A stretch of DNA of 20,000 bases from Armatimonadota bacterium (GTDB lineage Bacteria; Armatimonadota; Fimbriimonadia; Fimbriimonadales; Fimbriimonadaceae), in contig JANNQV010000039.1 in the NCBI GenBank assembly GCA_031400935.1, positions 50,313 to 70,312 on the forward strand. The letters are read 5' to 3'. The notes below the pieces were generated by a model, which saw only the letters and a list, made by a program, of their open reading frames with translations, was not told where the DNA came from and did not search any database. Shown piece by piece: positions 7,287-15,681 of the stretch. Positions within the stretch are counted from its first letter, which is position 1. Each line of letters opens with the position of its first letter. The position numbers and the translations under genes were made by a program.

Positions 7287-8466
7287 TGTTGGCGGACTCC
7301 TGATGACCAGCTTATGTTACTGCGCTTCGGCTCAAACAGTTCTGGATATTCCCGCAAAAATCTCCTTTGCGGATTGGAAATTGGTGGAACAAAACGTATT
7401 GACGACTCAATACTCAATTGAATTTCCATCGCCAGTAGTTTCAGAAACGCCGGCAAATGATTCCCTGAATATCTTAGTTCTCGTACCCAAAATCGCTGGC
7501 CAACCTGTTCCTGCAGTTGTCCTTCTTCATTATTGGGGAGCGACAGATCATCGTGTTGAACTGAATTTTGCAAGAGAACTTGCTAGAAAGGGAATCGCTT
7601 CTGTGATCGTGCCGCTTCCCTATCACATGAACCGCTCTCCAGAGGGTGTTCGCTCCGGTTCATTTGCCATTTCAGCCGATCCTAATCACATCATTAGAAC
7701 GATGTTGCAGGCAATTATGGACCTCAAACGAACCGCCGATTGGATTCAAACTCGCCAAGAATTTCGACATGACCGGATCGGTATCTCAGGTGCTTCGTTG
7801 GGGGCAGTCATTACAGCACTGGCTTCAAGTGTCGAACCTCGATTCACCGATGCAGCTTTTGTGGTTGGAGGAGTCGATCTGGCTCACTTGTTGTGGCACA
7901 GCTCGCGAGTTGTATTGCAGCGCGATACGATGAGGTCTAAGGGCATTACAGAGCAAGCGCTCCGCGAAATCCTAAAGCCTATCGAGCCGCTCGAATACTT
8001 CAAGCAACATCGGCCGATGAATTCCTACGTGATTGGTGCAAAATTTGACACTGTTATTCCTCAACGATCAACCGATCAACTGATTGACGGCCTTGCAAAT
8101 CCTCATACTCTTTGGCTTGAAACGGGTCATTACGGCGGATTTTTGATCGAAAAGCAAGTCCAACGCTCACTTGGAGATTTCTTTTCTAAATCCTTTGCTG
8201 ATCAAACCTTTGTGGCTCCTTCGAAGTTATCGGCTCCAACAATCCGGTTGGGCGTCACCCTCGACACAAAGGGAGGAGCCCAGATTTCAGCTGGGATTGA
8301 CCTTTTGCGCCCAAATTGGCCGAGAGAACCATTCGCGTCCATCCTATTTCAGCCCTCAAGCACGCAATTGGTATTGGGTGTTTCTTTGGACAACGGCCTA
8401 GCCGTTGGCGCATTTATTCGACAAAAGGGAATCGGTTTTGGCATGATGTGGAGCATGATTTTATGA
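7267..8466 (+). CDS. Secreted alpha/beta-fold hydrolase with C-terminal beta-strand-rich extension
   Basis: Nucleophile elbow GISGASLG, candidate Asp in AKFDTVIP, candidate His in ETGHY, and PLPYHMNRSP. ATG 7267 gives a signal-peptide-like MSASRFIVGGLLMTSLCYCASA-Q. The start is uncertain (GTG 7252, ATG 7267 or ATG 7303); the track start at 7129 overlaps the opposite gene deeply. Confidence 0.8.
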   Translation: MSASRFIVGGLLMTSLCYCASAQTVLDIPAKISFADWKLVEQNVLTTQYSIEFPSPVVSETPANDSLNILVLVPKIAGQPVPAVVLLHYWGATDHRVELNFARELARKGIASVIVPLPYHMNRSPEGVRSGSFAISADPNHIIRTMLQAIMDLKRTADWIQTRQEFRHDRIGISGASLGAVITALASSVEPRFTDAAFVVGGVDLAHLLWHSSRVVLQRDTMRSKGITEQALREILKPIEPLEYFKQHRPMNSYVIGAKFDTVIPQRSTDQLIDGLANPHTLWLETGHYGGFLIEKQVQRSLGDFFSKSFADQTFVAPSKLSAPTIRLGVTLDTKGGAQISAGIDLLRPNWPREPFASILFQPSSTQLVLGVSLDNGLAVGAFIRQKGIGFGMMWSMIL

Positions 8467-9236
8467 CCAATTGGCCAGCGATGACCCACTCAAATTTAGT
8501 TGAAACTTATTTCAAGCTCGCGAGCGCGATACCTGGCACAGAATCAGTGCAGAATGAATCATGGACGGCTTGTCGAAATTCGATGGATCATGCAAGTTGC
8601 AATTTTGGAATCATCACTTCCTCTGAATCCATGGATGCGCCTGAGCTAAACGAGTTCATTGGTAACCGGAATTCTTTTCACATTTACTCTTTCTGCAAAG
8701 ATTATGTTAAGGATCCAGCTGACCGTTGGGCAAAGAGAATGGGTTACCGGCACGGTTCGATTTTGATCGCGTTGGCAATGCAACCCAAAGAAATTGGCGT
8801 GACATCAAGCATCAAACTTGAATTTGCACAAAGTGAAGGCGAAAGAAACCAAATAGCAGAAGCCATCGCATTGCAGTTTTTCCCGCGTCAAACTCATGCC
8901 GCGAGAAGGGTTATCGTGGCAGCAACAGCTGGTTCGGGACTGCCTCTGGCAAAGATTATCTCTGATGGCGAATCTGTCGGCGCAATCATGCTTTGCAGAA
9001 CAAACGGAGCCATTGGCGTCTACAACTTCTTCGTTGAACAACGGTTTCGAGGGCTTGGAATTGGCAAACAAACCATGTTGGCCGTAGCCGAATTGGCACG
9101 ATTCGAGCAATGTATCGTTTGCCTTCAGTGCGACCTCTCTTTAATTGAATGGTATGAGATACTGGGGTTTAATGAAATCGGTCATGTAGACATTTGGGTA
9201 CTTGATCGTTTTGGAACAATTGCTATAATAGGATGA
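8463..9236 (+). CDS. GNAT family N-acetyltransferase
   Basis: C-terminal acetyl-CoA motif A, VYNFFVEQRFRGLGIG, followed by WYEILGF. The start is reassigned to ATG 8463, which forms an ATGA overlap with the hydrolase stop; 257 aa. Confidence 0.82.
   Translation: MTNWPAMTHSNLVETYFKLASAIPGTESVQNESWTACRNSMDHASCNFGIITSSESMDAPELNEFIGNRNSFHIYSFCKDYVKDPADRWAKRMGYRHGSILIALAMQPKEIGVTSSIKLEFAQSEGERNQIAEAIALQFFPRQTHAARRVIVAATAGSGLPLAKIISDGESVGAIMLCRTNGAIGVYNFFVEQRFRGLGIGKQTMLAVAELARFEQCIVCLQCDLSLIEWYEILGFNEIGHVDIWVLDRFGTIAIIG
9202..9229 (+). promoter_or_regulatory. Putative sigma70 promoter (TTGATC-16nt-TATAAT, extended TGn) for the prepilin-like gene
   Basis: TGcTATAAT at 9221-9229 inside the GNAT 3' end; TTGATC at 9202-9207; in-frame ATG 9239 lies 9 nt downstream of the box. 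Confidence 0.5.
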
Positions 9237-10114
9237 CAATGGCGCGTAACTTCCGGATTCGGGGCGGTTTTACGATTGCAGAGCTACTTTCAGTGCTCGC
9301 GATTATCGCTGTTCTTTCGGCGATCCTGTTTCCAGTCTTCCGAACGGCAAAAGCAGCGGCGCACAAGTCTGTTTGCATCAATAACTTCCGTCAAACGAAC
9401 CTGGCAAGTCAGATGTATTTGAGTGATTACCACGACACTTTTATGCCCGTCAACTACGATGTAAACAATTTCAACAACGCAGAAATTGATCGCACATGGG
9501 TTCAACTTCTTATGCCTTACACGAGCACAATGGGCACGTTTGTCTGTCCCGGAGACTACGGTACTCGACCTAGCGGACAAGGCGCATTTGATGTTGATTT
9601 GGTGATAGGCGATCCATATAAACGGTGGTACAGGTCTTCTATTCGAAGCAATGTTGGTTACAACTACCTGTATTTTTCACCTGTTTTTCGCAGCGCGAAC
9701 CGTTGGGTAACAATGCCGCGAACCCTCAGTGAAATCAACAATACTGCCGAATCTATCATGTTTGTTGATTCGGTTTACGACCGTCATCCAAACGGGACTC
9801 CTTACGGCGGTGGAAGCTACATCGTTATTCCTCCATGCAGATATAGCAGGCAGGGTCTTAGCTTGATTGATACCTTTGGGATTGGAAATGCTCAAGCGTA
9901 TTCACCGAATTCAGGATGGCTTGTTACTGATCCTAATTCACCGTTCCGTTTCGGCTTGGCGTACCCTTGGCATATTGAGCGAATGAATGTGGGCCGCGTG
10001 AACGGCGGAACAACTAGCGTTCGCCCGGAAAAGCTCACAGAAGGTTGCGATGCTCGAAACAATTGGGCTGGAATGGTGGTTGATTCAGCCAAATACGGTT
10101 GGGATCATAACTAA
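9233..10114 (+). CDS. Prepilin-type N-terminal cleavage/methylation domain protein (DUF1559/H-X9-DG-like)
   Basis: RGG|FTIAELLSVLAIIAVLSAILFPVF; CINNFRQ...MYLSDYHD; FVCPGD; C-terminal H-X9-NG. Start is 9233 or 9239. Confidence 0.9.
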   Translation: MTMARNFRIRGGFTIAELLSVLAIIAVLSAILFPVFRTAKAAAHKSVCINNFRQTNLASQMYLSDYHDTFMPVNYDVNNFNNAEIDRTWVQLLMPYTSTMGTFVCPGDYGTRPSGQGAFDVDLVIGDPYKRWYRSSIRSNVGYNYLYFSPVFRSANRWVTMPRTLSEINNTAESIMFVDSVYDRHPNGTPYGGGSYIVIPPCRYSRQGLSLIDTFGIGNAQAYSPNSGWLVTDPNSPFRFGLAYPWHIERMNVGRVNGGTTSVRPEKLTEGCDARNNWAGMVVDSAKYGWDHN

Positions 10115-10174
10115 ATCGTAGCTAATTCACTTATCTAAAGCAGGATTTCCAATCTGCCGCCCGAATTCTATTTC

Positions 10175-13100
10175 ATGCGATTCGCCAAGGTCTGGATTTC
10201 AATTGCGACCGTACTTTTGGCTATATCGGCATACGCTCAATACACTCAAAATCAACTTTCAGAGGTCTGGTCGAGAGTGGATCGAGAGATTCAGAGTCCG
10301 CAATTAGATACGAAAACGGGATTGGCGGGCTCAATACATACACTAGACCGACTTGGAGTCATCGCTGAATTCGGCCAAAGCTTAGGCCTCAAAGTAGATG
10401 TTCTACGTACTTGGGTAACCGCACCTGTTGCCCAGAGTATCGAATTTTCGGCGAGTGGGTACGAAATTCGGGCAGCACCGCTTTACCCCAATCTGTCAGC
10501 GACCAATAGTTGCGATATTGAAGGTCGAGTTGTCTGGTTTGATCCTCGATTGATTCATCAAGATCGCATGAATGGGAACGTAGCGATTATGCCCTTTGAA
10601 TGCGGCACCCAGTGGACAAAGGCGTTTGAAAATGGCGCGAAAGCGGTGCTCTTTTTCGCTTCGAAAACTGTCGGGAGAGTTGAAGCTGAGGCAAAGCTGC
10701 TTTCAGTTCCCTCTCATCTTCCGAGATTCTTGATTGAGGAGGAATCCGCAATTCATTTCCTCACTTCTGGGGAGGTCAGTATCCGAATTCGGTGCCGCCA
10801 GAATTGGAAAGAGCTTCAAACCAAACGAGTTCACATTATTGTCCCAGGAACAGATCGAAACCTCTCGGCTGAGCGAATCGCCGTCTTTTCTGCCGTAGAT
10901 GGAATGAGCATTGCCCCCGATTGGGGCACGTCCTCCAATCACTCAATTTCAAGCAATGTTGGTCTGAATCTCCTGACTTACTTTGCAAAAAACAGACCTC
11001 GAAGAAGCATCGAATTCGTTTTTGCCGATGGTCACTATCTTGGGCTAAAAGCAGAAAGGCAATGGGTTGAAGACTTGCTTCAGTCGCCTCAAGAAACCAA
11101 GTTGGCGGTATTCACGCTAGACATTTCAAATCGGTCCCCTCGAATCGGCACGTTCAGTCGTGGTGGCTTCTATGAATTCCGGCCAGAAGCCACGGATGTG
11201 TGTCGAAAATCCGCTTCGGCACTACGTCAACAAGTCAATTTCATGGCGACATCTTGGAATCTGGAGTTGGGCAACCAGCTTTGCCTCGATGGAATCAATG
11301 AATCGGATGGCAAGCCTTTTGGTTCATTGGCAGGTGCGAAGCTCGCGATTGGAGCTGAGCCTTTCGTGCTCGCGGGGCTCAACGCGACCACATTTGCAAC
11401 GATTGACGATGCTCGGACCGATGCAGAGTTGCCTTGGGATGTTGCCCCGACTTCAGCTGAAAAAGAGTCATTCAAGAAAAACGTGCTTCAGCAGACAAAA
11501 ACCATTGCTGGAATGTTGGAATTCGCAGCAAATCAGCCGACGGCACCCAATGATCCAAACGTTCCCAATTCTGGAATCGAGTTTCGAACTCCACAAAGGT
11601 CATCATTGGTTGGAGGATTTGGCGTAATCGAAGGTTCTGTGGTCCGATCAGAGCCTGAAAAATCGATTTTTCCAACAACGCCAGCCCCGAATTCTGTCGT
11701 CAGCGTTCGAAGGCTGCATCGCTCGCTCGCTGGCGTTAGAGGGGCAATTGTAGAGCTTGCCGATTCTAAAGGAAAGTACATACTTCAAGGAGTCCCGACC
11801 GTTTCATCGTATTGGCATTCGAATCAGCCGACGACCAATTTGCGTGCCCACCAATTTGATCCTGTCAGCGGACAAATAGTGGCAGCATCTGGCGAATTTG
11901 CTTCGATTGGAGTCTCCTATTCCTCGTCGTTGCAAATGACGACTGCGATTCGCTCGACTCCCATAGTTCTCTTTGACTGCGATTCGTCGCAAGTTTTCAA
12001 TCTAAACGACCCGCTTAGCTCGGATCGACTAGCCGACCTGAAACTGATTGGGGAAAAGAGCTTTGCGCCCCCAAACGGCCTGCAAATTACTCTCCCCGTG
12101 CAAACAAGTGAAGCGGCAGTTGCATCAGTTTTCTATCCAAAGGGCACAAAATGGACGCTGCTACTTTTGCGAAATGGAGAAGTCCGCGGGATAGATCAGT
12201 TGCCCAGTCCATTCGGTGACTCTGCACTCAGAAGAGCATTAAGGTTGAATGAGCGAAGCCGAGAACTTGCCGCACCGCTCCGCCCTTTTCGACTGGTGGA
12301 TCGGAGTTTTGAAGATTGGCTTCGTCGTTCTTCCGCAGCCCAAAATTTTGGCGAAGCAGGATCTAGAGAGATGCAGCAAACTGCATGGTCATTGGCGCAA
12401 CGAGTCTATGGCCAGGCTAGAGGAATCGGCGGAGATTCGACTCTGGGGCTTCTTCTGTACGTTGCCCTCGCTGCCCCATTCGCGTTGATCATGGAGCGAT
12501 TTCTTTTTGGCAGAAGAAGGCTGCTTGAGCGAATTTTGGCGACGGCCTTCATTTTTGGAGTCACCGCATTTGCACTTCGCCTTCTGCACCCAGCATTTCT
12601 AATCGTCCAAAGCCCGATTGTCATTTTTGTCGGATTCGTTATGGCTGGACTTAGCGCATTTGTCATGGTCTATTTGTTCGGCAAATTTGACGAAACAGTC
12701 ATGGGTGAATCTGGAAAGCCTGTTGCAGGCTTTGGGGTCGAGATTGCCCTGGCGCTTTCAGGAATGAGGCGTCGGCCGTTGAGAACGGCAATGACGATGA
12801 TGCTTCTTACTGTGGTCACCGTTTGCCTCATGGCATTTTCTTCGATTAAACCAATGTTGATGACTTCGAGTGTTCGGGCTGAGGGCAATTCAAACACCTC
12901 AAGCTTGCATCGTTCCGGGTTTATCCCATTTGAACCGGGAATGAAATCGAGGTTATTCTTGCATCCGGTGTATTGGCTCTTTGCTGGCGATGACCCGGCA
13001 CCGGGATCTATAACAATTTTCTCTGGGCCGAAGCAAATAGATGTTCGTGCTCTTGTTTCAGACGCCACTAGTCTTACTATCGAGAGGTTCATCGAAAGTG

Positions 13101-14257
13101 AAGATTGCATCGACCTACCTAAGAAGGTCGCTACAGAAATCGGTGTCATTTCAGGCGACAAAGTTCTTGTCCTTGGGAGACATCTTCGGGTTGGGAGAGT
13201 TTTTACTGAGAAGAACCACGGAATTGCCGAAGAAGCGCTACCCGTTGATTTTCCGCTAAGCGGCCTGAATCCTTTCCAAAATAGCACTCCCGATATGGAG
13301 AGGAATTGGATTCGATATGCGCCTGAGCAAGTGGCAATCGTCAGCACAAAAACGATTTTTGAACTTGGAGGGATGCCAAGAATGCTTCTTGGATACATAG
13401 ACTCCACCGAAGCTGCACAACTTGCCGCAACAACAGATCTGATATTCGAATCGAATGGCTACCGCTGGTCCACTCAGCCGAAGTTAACCGGAACAGGGCT
13501 GGGCCTCATTGCGATCGCGCTTGTCGTGGGCGCGTTCTTTGTCATGAACACGCTTGCGGCCTCAGCAAACGAACGCAAGTCCGAAATAAAAACGCTTTCC
13601 TCGCTTGGAATGGCTCCAAAACAGGTTGCTGGAATATTTGTAGCAGAATCGTCAATGTATGGGATTGTCGGTGCCGTATTGGGTTTCGTTCTAATCCAAG
13701 GTGCGGCGAGAATCATTGGTAACCAAGCGGGACTGGAATTGAATTGCAGCTCGACTTCTGCTATCTTCAGCACCATTCTTGTAATGGGAGCATGCCTTTG
13801 CGGGGCGATTTATCCTGCACGACTTGCAGCAAAATCATCGTCTGCATCTATGCAACGAGCTGGTTTTGATGCTCCTGCGGAAGGTGATTCGTGGCAAATA
13901 AGTCTTCCATTTACGGTGAACGGCGAGGAGCGAGAGTCAATGATTCGAAATCTTGCAAATTGGTTCAATCTCCGAAATTCCCCAGCAGCCGATCAACTCG
14001 TGGCAAGCGATGTATTGGCTTCTGAATTTGAACTCGAAGCCCAAGTTTGGCTATCTCCCTTTGACTTAGCGGTTTCGCAGACGATTCGGATCGGGTTTAT
14101 GTCCACCAAACTTGAAGGCGTTTTTGCCATGAATTTGGAAATTGCACGAATATCGGGCGAACGCCGGAACTGGGTTCAAGCGAACCGGGACTTCATCGGC
14201 CATCTGCGTCAGCTTATCCTCGATTGGCAAACCGCTGAAAGCCAGAAGCAGATGTAG
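10175..14257 (+). CDS. Large membrane protein: signal peptide, degenerate M28 peptidase-like/PA ectodomain, 3 TM, MacB/FtsX-like permease and C-terminal soluble domain
   Basis: FtsX signature MNTLAASANERKSEIKTLSSLGMAPKQVAGIFVAES; MacB-like TM1 ALSGMRRRPLRTAMT; PA-like AFENGAKAVLF; M28-like IIVPGTDRNLSAERIAVFSAVD and RPRRSIEFVFADGH. Confidence 0.78.
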   Translation: MRFAKVWISIATVLLAISAYAQYTQNQLSEVWSRVDREIQSPQLDTKTGLAGSIHTLDRLGVIAEFGQSLGLKVDVLRTWVTAPVAQSIEFSASGYEIRAAPLYPNLSATNSCDIEGRVVWFDPRLIHQDRMNGNVAIMPFECGTQWTKAFENGAKAVLFFASKTVGRVEAEAKLLSVPSHLPRFLIEEESAIHFLTSGEVSIRIRCRQNWKELQTKRVHIIVPGTDRNLSAERIAVFSAVDGMSIAPDWGTSSNHSISSNVGLNLLTYFAKNRPRRSIEFVFADGHYLGLKAERQWVEDLLQSPQETKLAVFTLDISNRSPRIGTFSRGGFYEFRPEATDVCRKSASALRQQVNFMATSWNLELGNQLCLDGINESDGKPFGSLAGAKLAIGAEPFVLAGLNATTFATIDDARTDAELPWDVAPTSAEKESFKKNVLQQTKTIAGMLEFAANQPTAPNDPNVPNSGIEFRTPQRSSLVGGFGVIEGSVVRSEPEKSIFPTTPAPNSVVSVRRLHRSLAGVRGAIVELADSKGKYILQGVPTVSSYWHSNQPTTNLRAHQFDPVSGQIVAASGEFASIGVSYSSSLQMTTAIRSTPIVLFDCDSSQVFNLNDPLSSDRLADLKLIGEKSFAPPNGLQITLPVQTSEAAVASVFYPKGTKWTLLLLRNGEVRGIDQLPSPFGDSALRRALRLNERSRELAAPLRPFRLVDRSFEDWLRRSSAAQNFGEAGSREMQQTAWSLAQRVYGQARGIGGDSTLGLLLYVALAAPFALIMERFLFGRRRLLERILATAFIFGVTAFALRLLHPAFLIVQSPIVIFVGFVMAGLSAFVMVYLFGKFDETVMGESGKPVAGFGVEIALALSGMRRRPLRTAMTMMLLTVVTVCLMAFSSIKPMLMTSSVRAEGNSNTSSLHRSGFIPFEPGMKSRLFLHPVYWLFAGDDPAPGSITIFSGPKQIDVRALVSDATSLTIERFIESEDCIDLPKKVATEIGVISGDKVLVLGRHLRVGRVFTEKNHGIAEEALPVDFPLSGLNPFQNSTPDMERNWIRYAPEQVAIVSTKTIFELGGMPRMLLGYIDSTEAAQLAATTDLIFESNGYRWSTQPKLTGTGLGLIAIALVVGAFFVMNTLAASANERKSEIKTLSSLGMAPKQVAGIFVAESSMYGIVGAVLGFVLIQGAARIIGNQAGLELNCSSTSAIFSTILVMGACLCGAIYPARLAAKSSSASMQRAGFDAPAEGDSWQISLPFTVNGEERESMIRNLANWFNLRNSPAADQLVASDVLASEFELEAQVWLSPFDLAVSQTIRIGFMSTKLEGVFAMNLEIARISGERRNWVQANRDFIGHLRQLILDWQTAESQKQM

Positions 14258-14261
14258 ACGC

Positions 14262-14267
14262 CATAAT
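14262..14267 (+). promoter_or_regulatory. Putative -10 box CATAAT for leaderless rimO
   Basis: CATAATtcattaGTG, 6 nt before the proposed start, in the 16-nt intergenic gap; no Shine-Dalgarno. Confidence 0.45.
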
Positions 14268-14273
14268 TCATTA

Positions 14274-15656
14274 GTGAATCCTCCTGGCTCGAAAATTCGT
14301 ATTGTCACGCTTGGCTGTGCCAAAAACGATGTGGACAGCGAAGAAATCGCTGGCGTTTTGCGAAGTGGCGGACACGAGATTGACTCAACATCTTCCAAAA
14401 CAGATGTAATTGTCATCAACACGTGTGGATTTTTGGAAGCAGCAAAAGCCGAGTCCATTCGAGCGATCAAGGATGCCGTTCGGGAAAAGAAGGCAGGCCG
14501 AGCTAAGAAAGTAATTGTTGCAGGATGTCTTTCCCAGCGTCTCGGTGAAGAACTTAGACGATTGGCGCCCGGTGCGGATTACTATGTCGGGGTCGGACAG
14601 ATGGCTCGTTTTGGCAACATTTTGACCGACACACTTGCTCGGAGCGAACCCAAAGTGGACGACACGCCGCCGCATCACCTATGGGCAGATGTCAAGACAC
14701 GCGCGAGAAGCGGCAATCCGTGGTCCGCGTATCTCAAAGTCAGCGAAGGATGCGATCATCAGTGCACGTTCTGCACGATTCCGAGTTTTCGAGGCAAGCA
14801 TGTTTCAAAGCCAATCGAAAGAGTGCTGGATGAAGCTCGGCATCTGGCGGGCCAAGGCGTCAAAGAAATCAACCTGATTGCTCAAGATGTGACCCAATAC
14901 GGCTACGACATCTATCGCGAATTCACTTTGCCAAGATTGCTCAGAGAATTGAACGAGGTTGACGGCATCGAATGGATTCGCATCCTTTATTTCTATCCAA
15001 ATCGAATGACTGACGAAGTCATTGAAGCCATGGCGACGCTTGAAAAGGTCTGCAAGTACGTGGACATGCCGTTGCAACACGCACACGCGGACGTGCTCCG
15101 ACGTATGAAACGGCCTTGGGACGGCGAACGATATTTGAAGCTGTTTGAGAAATTGCGAACAGCAATGCCCGATTGTGCGATTCGGTCTACGTTCATCGTC
15201 GGTTTTCCAGGTGAGACGACTGAAGAATTCGATTATTTGGTTTCATTTCTGCAAGATGCAAAACTTGACCGCGTTGGCGCATTTCTGTTCAGCCGCGAAC
15301 CTGGAACGCCAAGCTACGACATGTCAGGGCAAATCTCGATCAAGGTAAAGCAAGAGCGATATGACAAGCTGATGAGGATTCAGCAACGAATTTCTCTTGC
15401 AAAAAACCAGGAATGGGAAGGCAAGACGATCCCAGTTCTGGTTGAACAGTTTCAAGACGGCTGGAGCATTGGTCGCAGCTTCCGTGATGCGCCGGAAATT
15501 GACGGCCTGGTTTATGTTCAACGCGAATTGCCTGTCGGAGATTTCTCAAACGTTGAAATCAACAAGGCGGAGGCATATGACCTGTTCTCACGATCAAAGG
15601 AACCCAATCAAAGAGCGTTGAAGCCGCTGAGAATGGCACCTGCTCAGCCTCGCTAG
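14274..15656 (+). CDS. rimO: Ribosomal protein S12 methylthiotransferase RimO
   Basis: TLGCAKNDVDSE, INTCGF, VAGCL, radical SAM motif EGCDHQCTFCTIP, and TRAM-domain GRSFRDAPEIDG. The start is reassigned to in-frame GTG 14274, after the upstream stop. Confidence 0.95.
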   Translation: MNPPGSKIRIVTLGCAKNDVDSEEIAGVLRSGGHEIDSTSSKTDVIVINTCGFLEAAKAESIRAIKDAVREKKAGRAKKVIVAGCLSQRLGEELRRLAPGADYYVGVGQMARFGNILTDTLARSEPKVDDTPPHHLWADVKTRARSGNPWSAYLKVSEGCDHQCTFCTIPSFRGKHVSKPIERVLDEARHLAGQGVKEINLIAQDVTQYGYDIYREFTLPRLLRELNEVDGIEWIRILYFYPNRMTDEVIEAMATLEKVCKYVDMPLQHAHADVLRRMKRPWDGERYLKLFEKLRTAMPDCAIRSTFIVGFPGETTEEFDYLVSFLQDAKLDRVGAFLFSREPGTPSYDMSGQISIKVKQERYDKLMRIQQRISLAKNQEWEGKTIPVLVEQFQDGWSIGRSFRDAPEIDGLVYVQRELPVGDFSNVEINKAEAYDLFSRSKEPNQRALKPLRMAPAQPR

Positions 15657-15669
15657 ATTTGCTTCAATG

Positions 15670-15675
15670 TAAACT
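15670..15675 (+). promoter_or_regulatory. Putative -10 box TAAACT for leaderless glcD
   Basis: TAAACTgctcaaATG, with 6 nt spacing and no Shine-Dalgarno. Confidence 0.5.
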
Positions 15676-15681
15676 GCTCAA

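Noticed and set aside
8316..8462. 49-aa N-terminal extension of the GNAT
   Set aside because: It overlaps the hydrolase C-terminus; the ATGA-coupled start at 8463 is more plausible.
10140..10157. Small bulged hairpin gcaggatttccaatctgc between the prepilin and FtsX-fusion genes
   Set aside because: The stem is weak, has no U-tract and occurs once, so it cannot be supported as a terminator or REP.
12670..13407. 245-aa minus-strand ORF
   Set aside because: It is an antisense shadow within the 1360-aa gene, with no motifs.
14142..14273. N-terminal extension of RimO, or RimO as a RiPP-type radical SAM maturase for the adjacent FtsX fusion
   Set aside because: The extension overlaps the upstream gene. 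The protein has the canonical three-domain RimO architecture, and no precursor peptide is evident.
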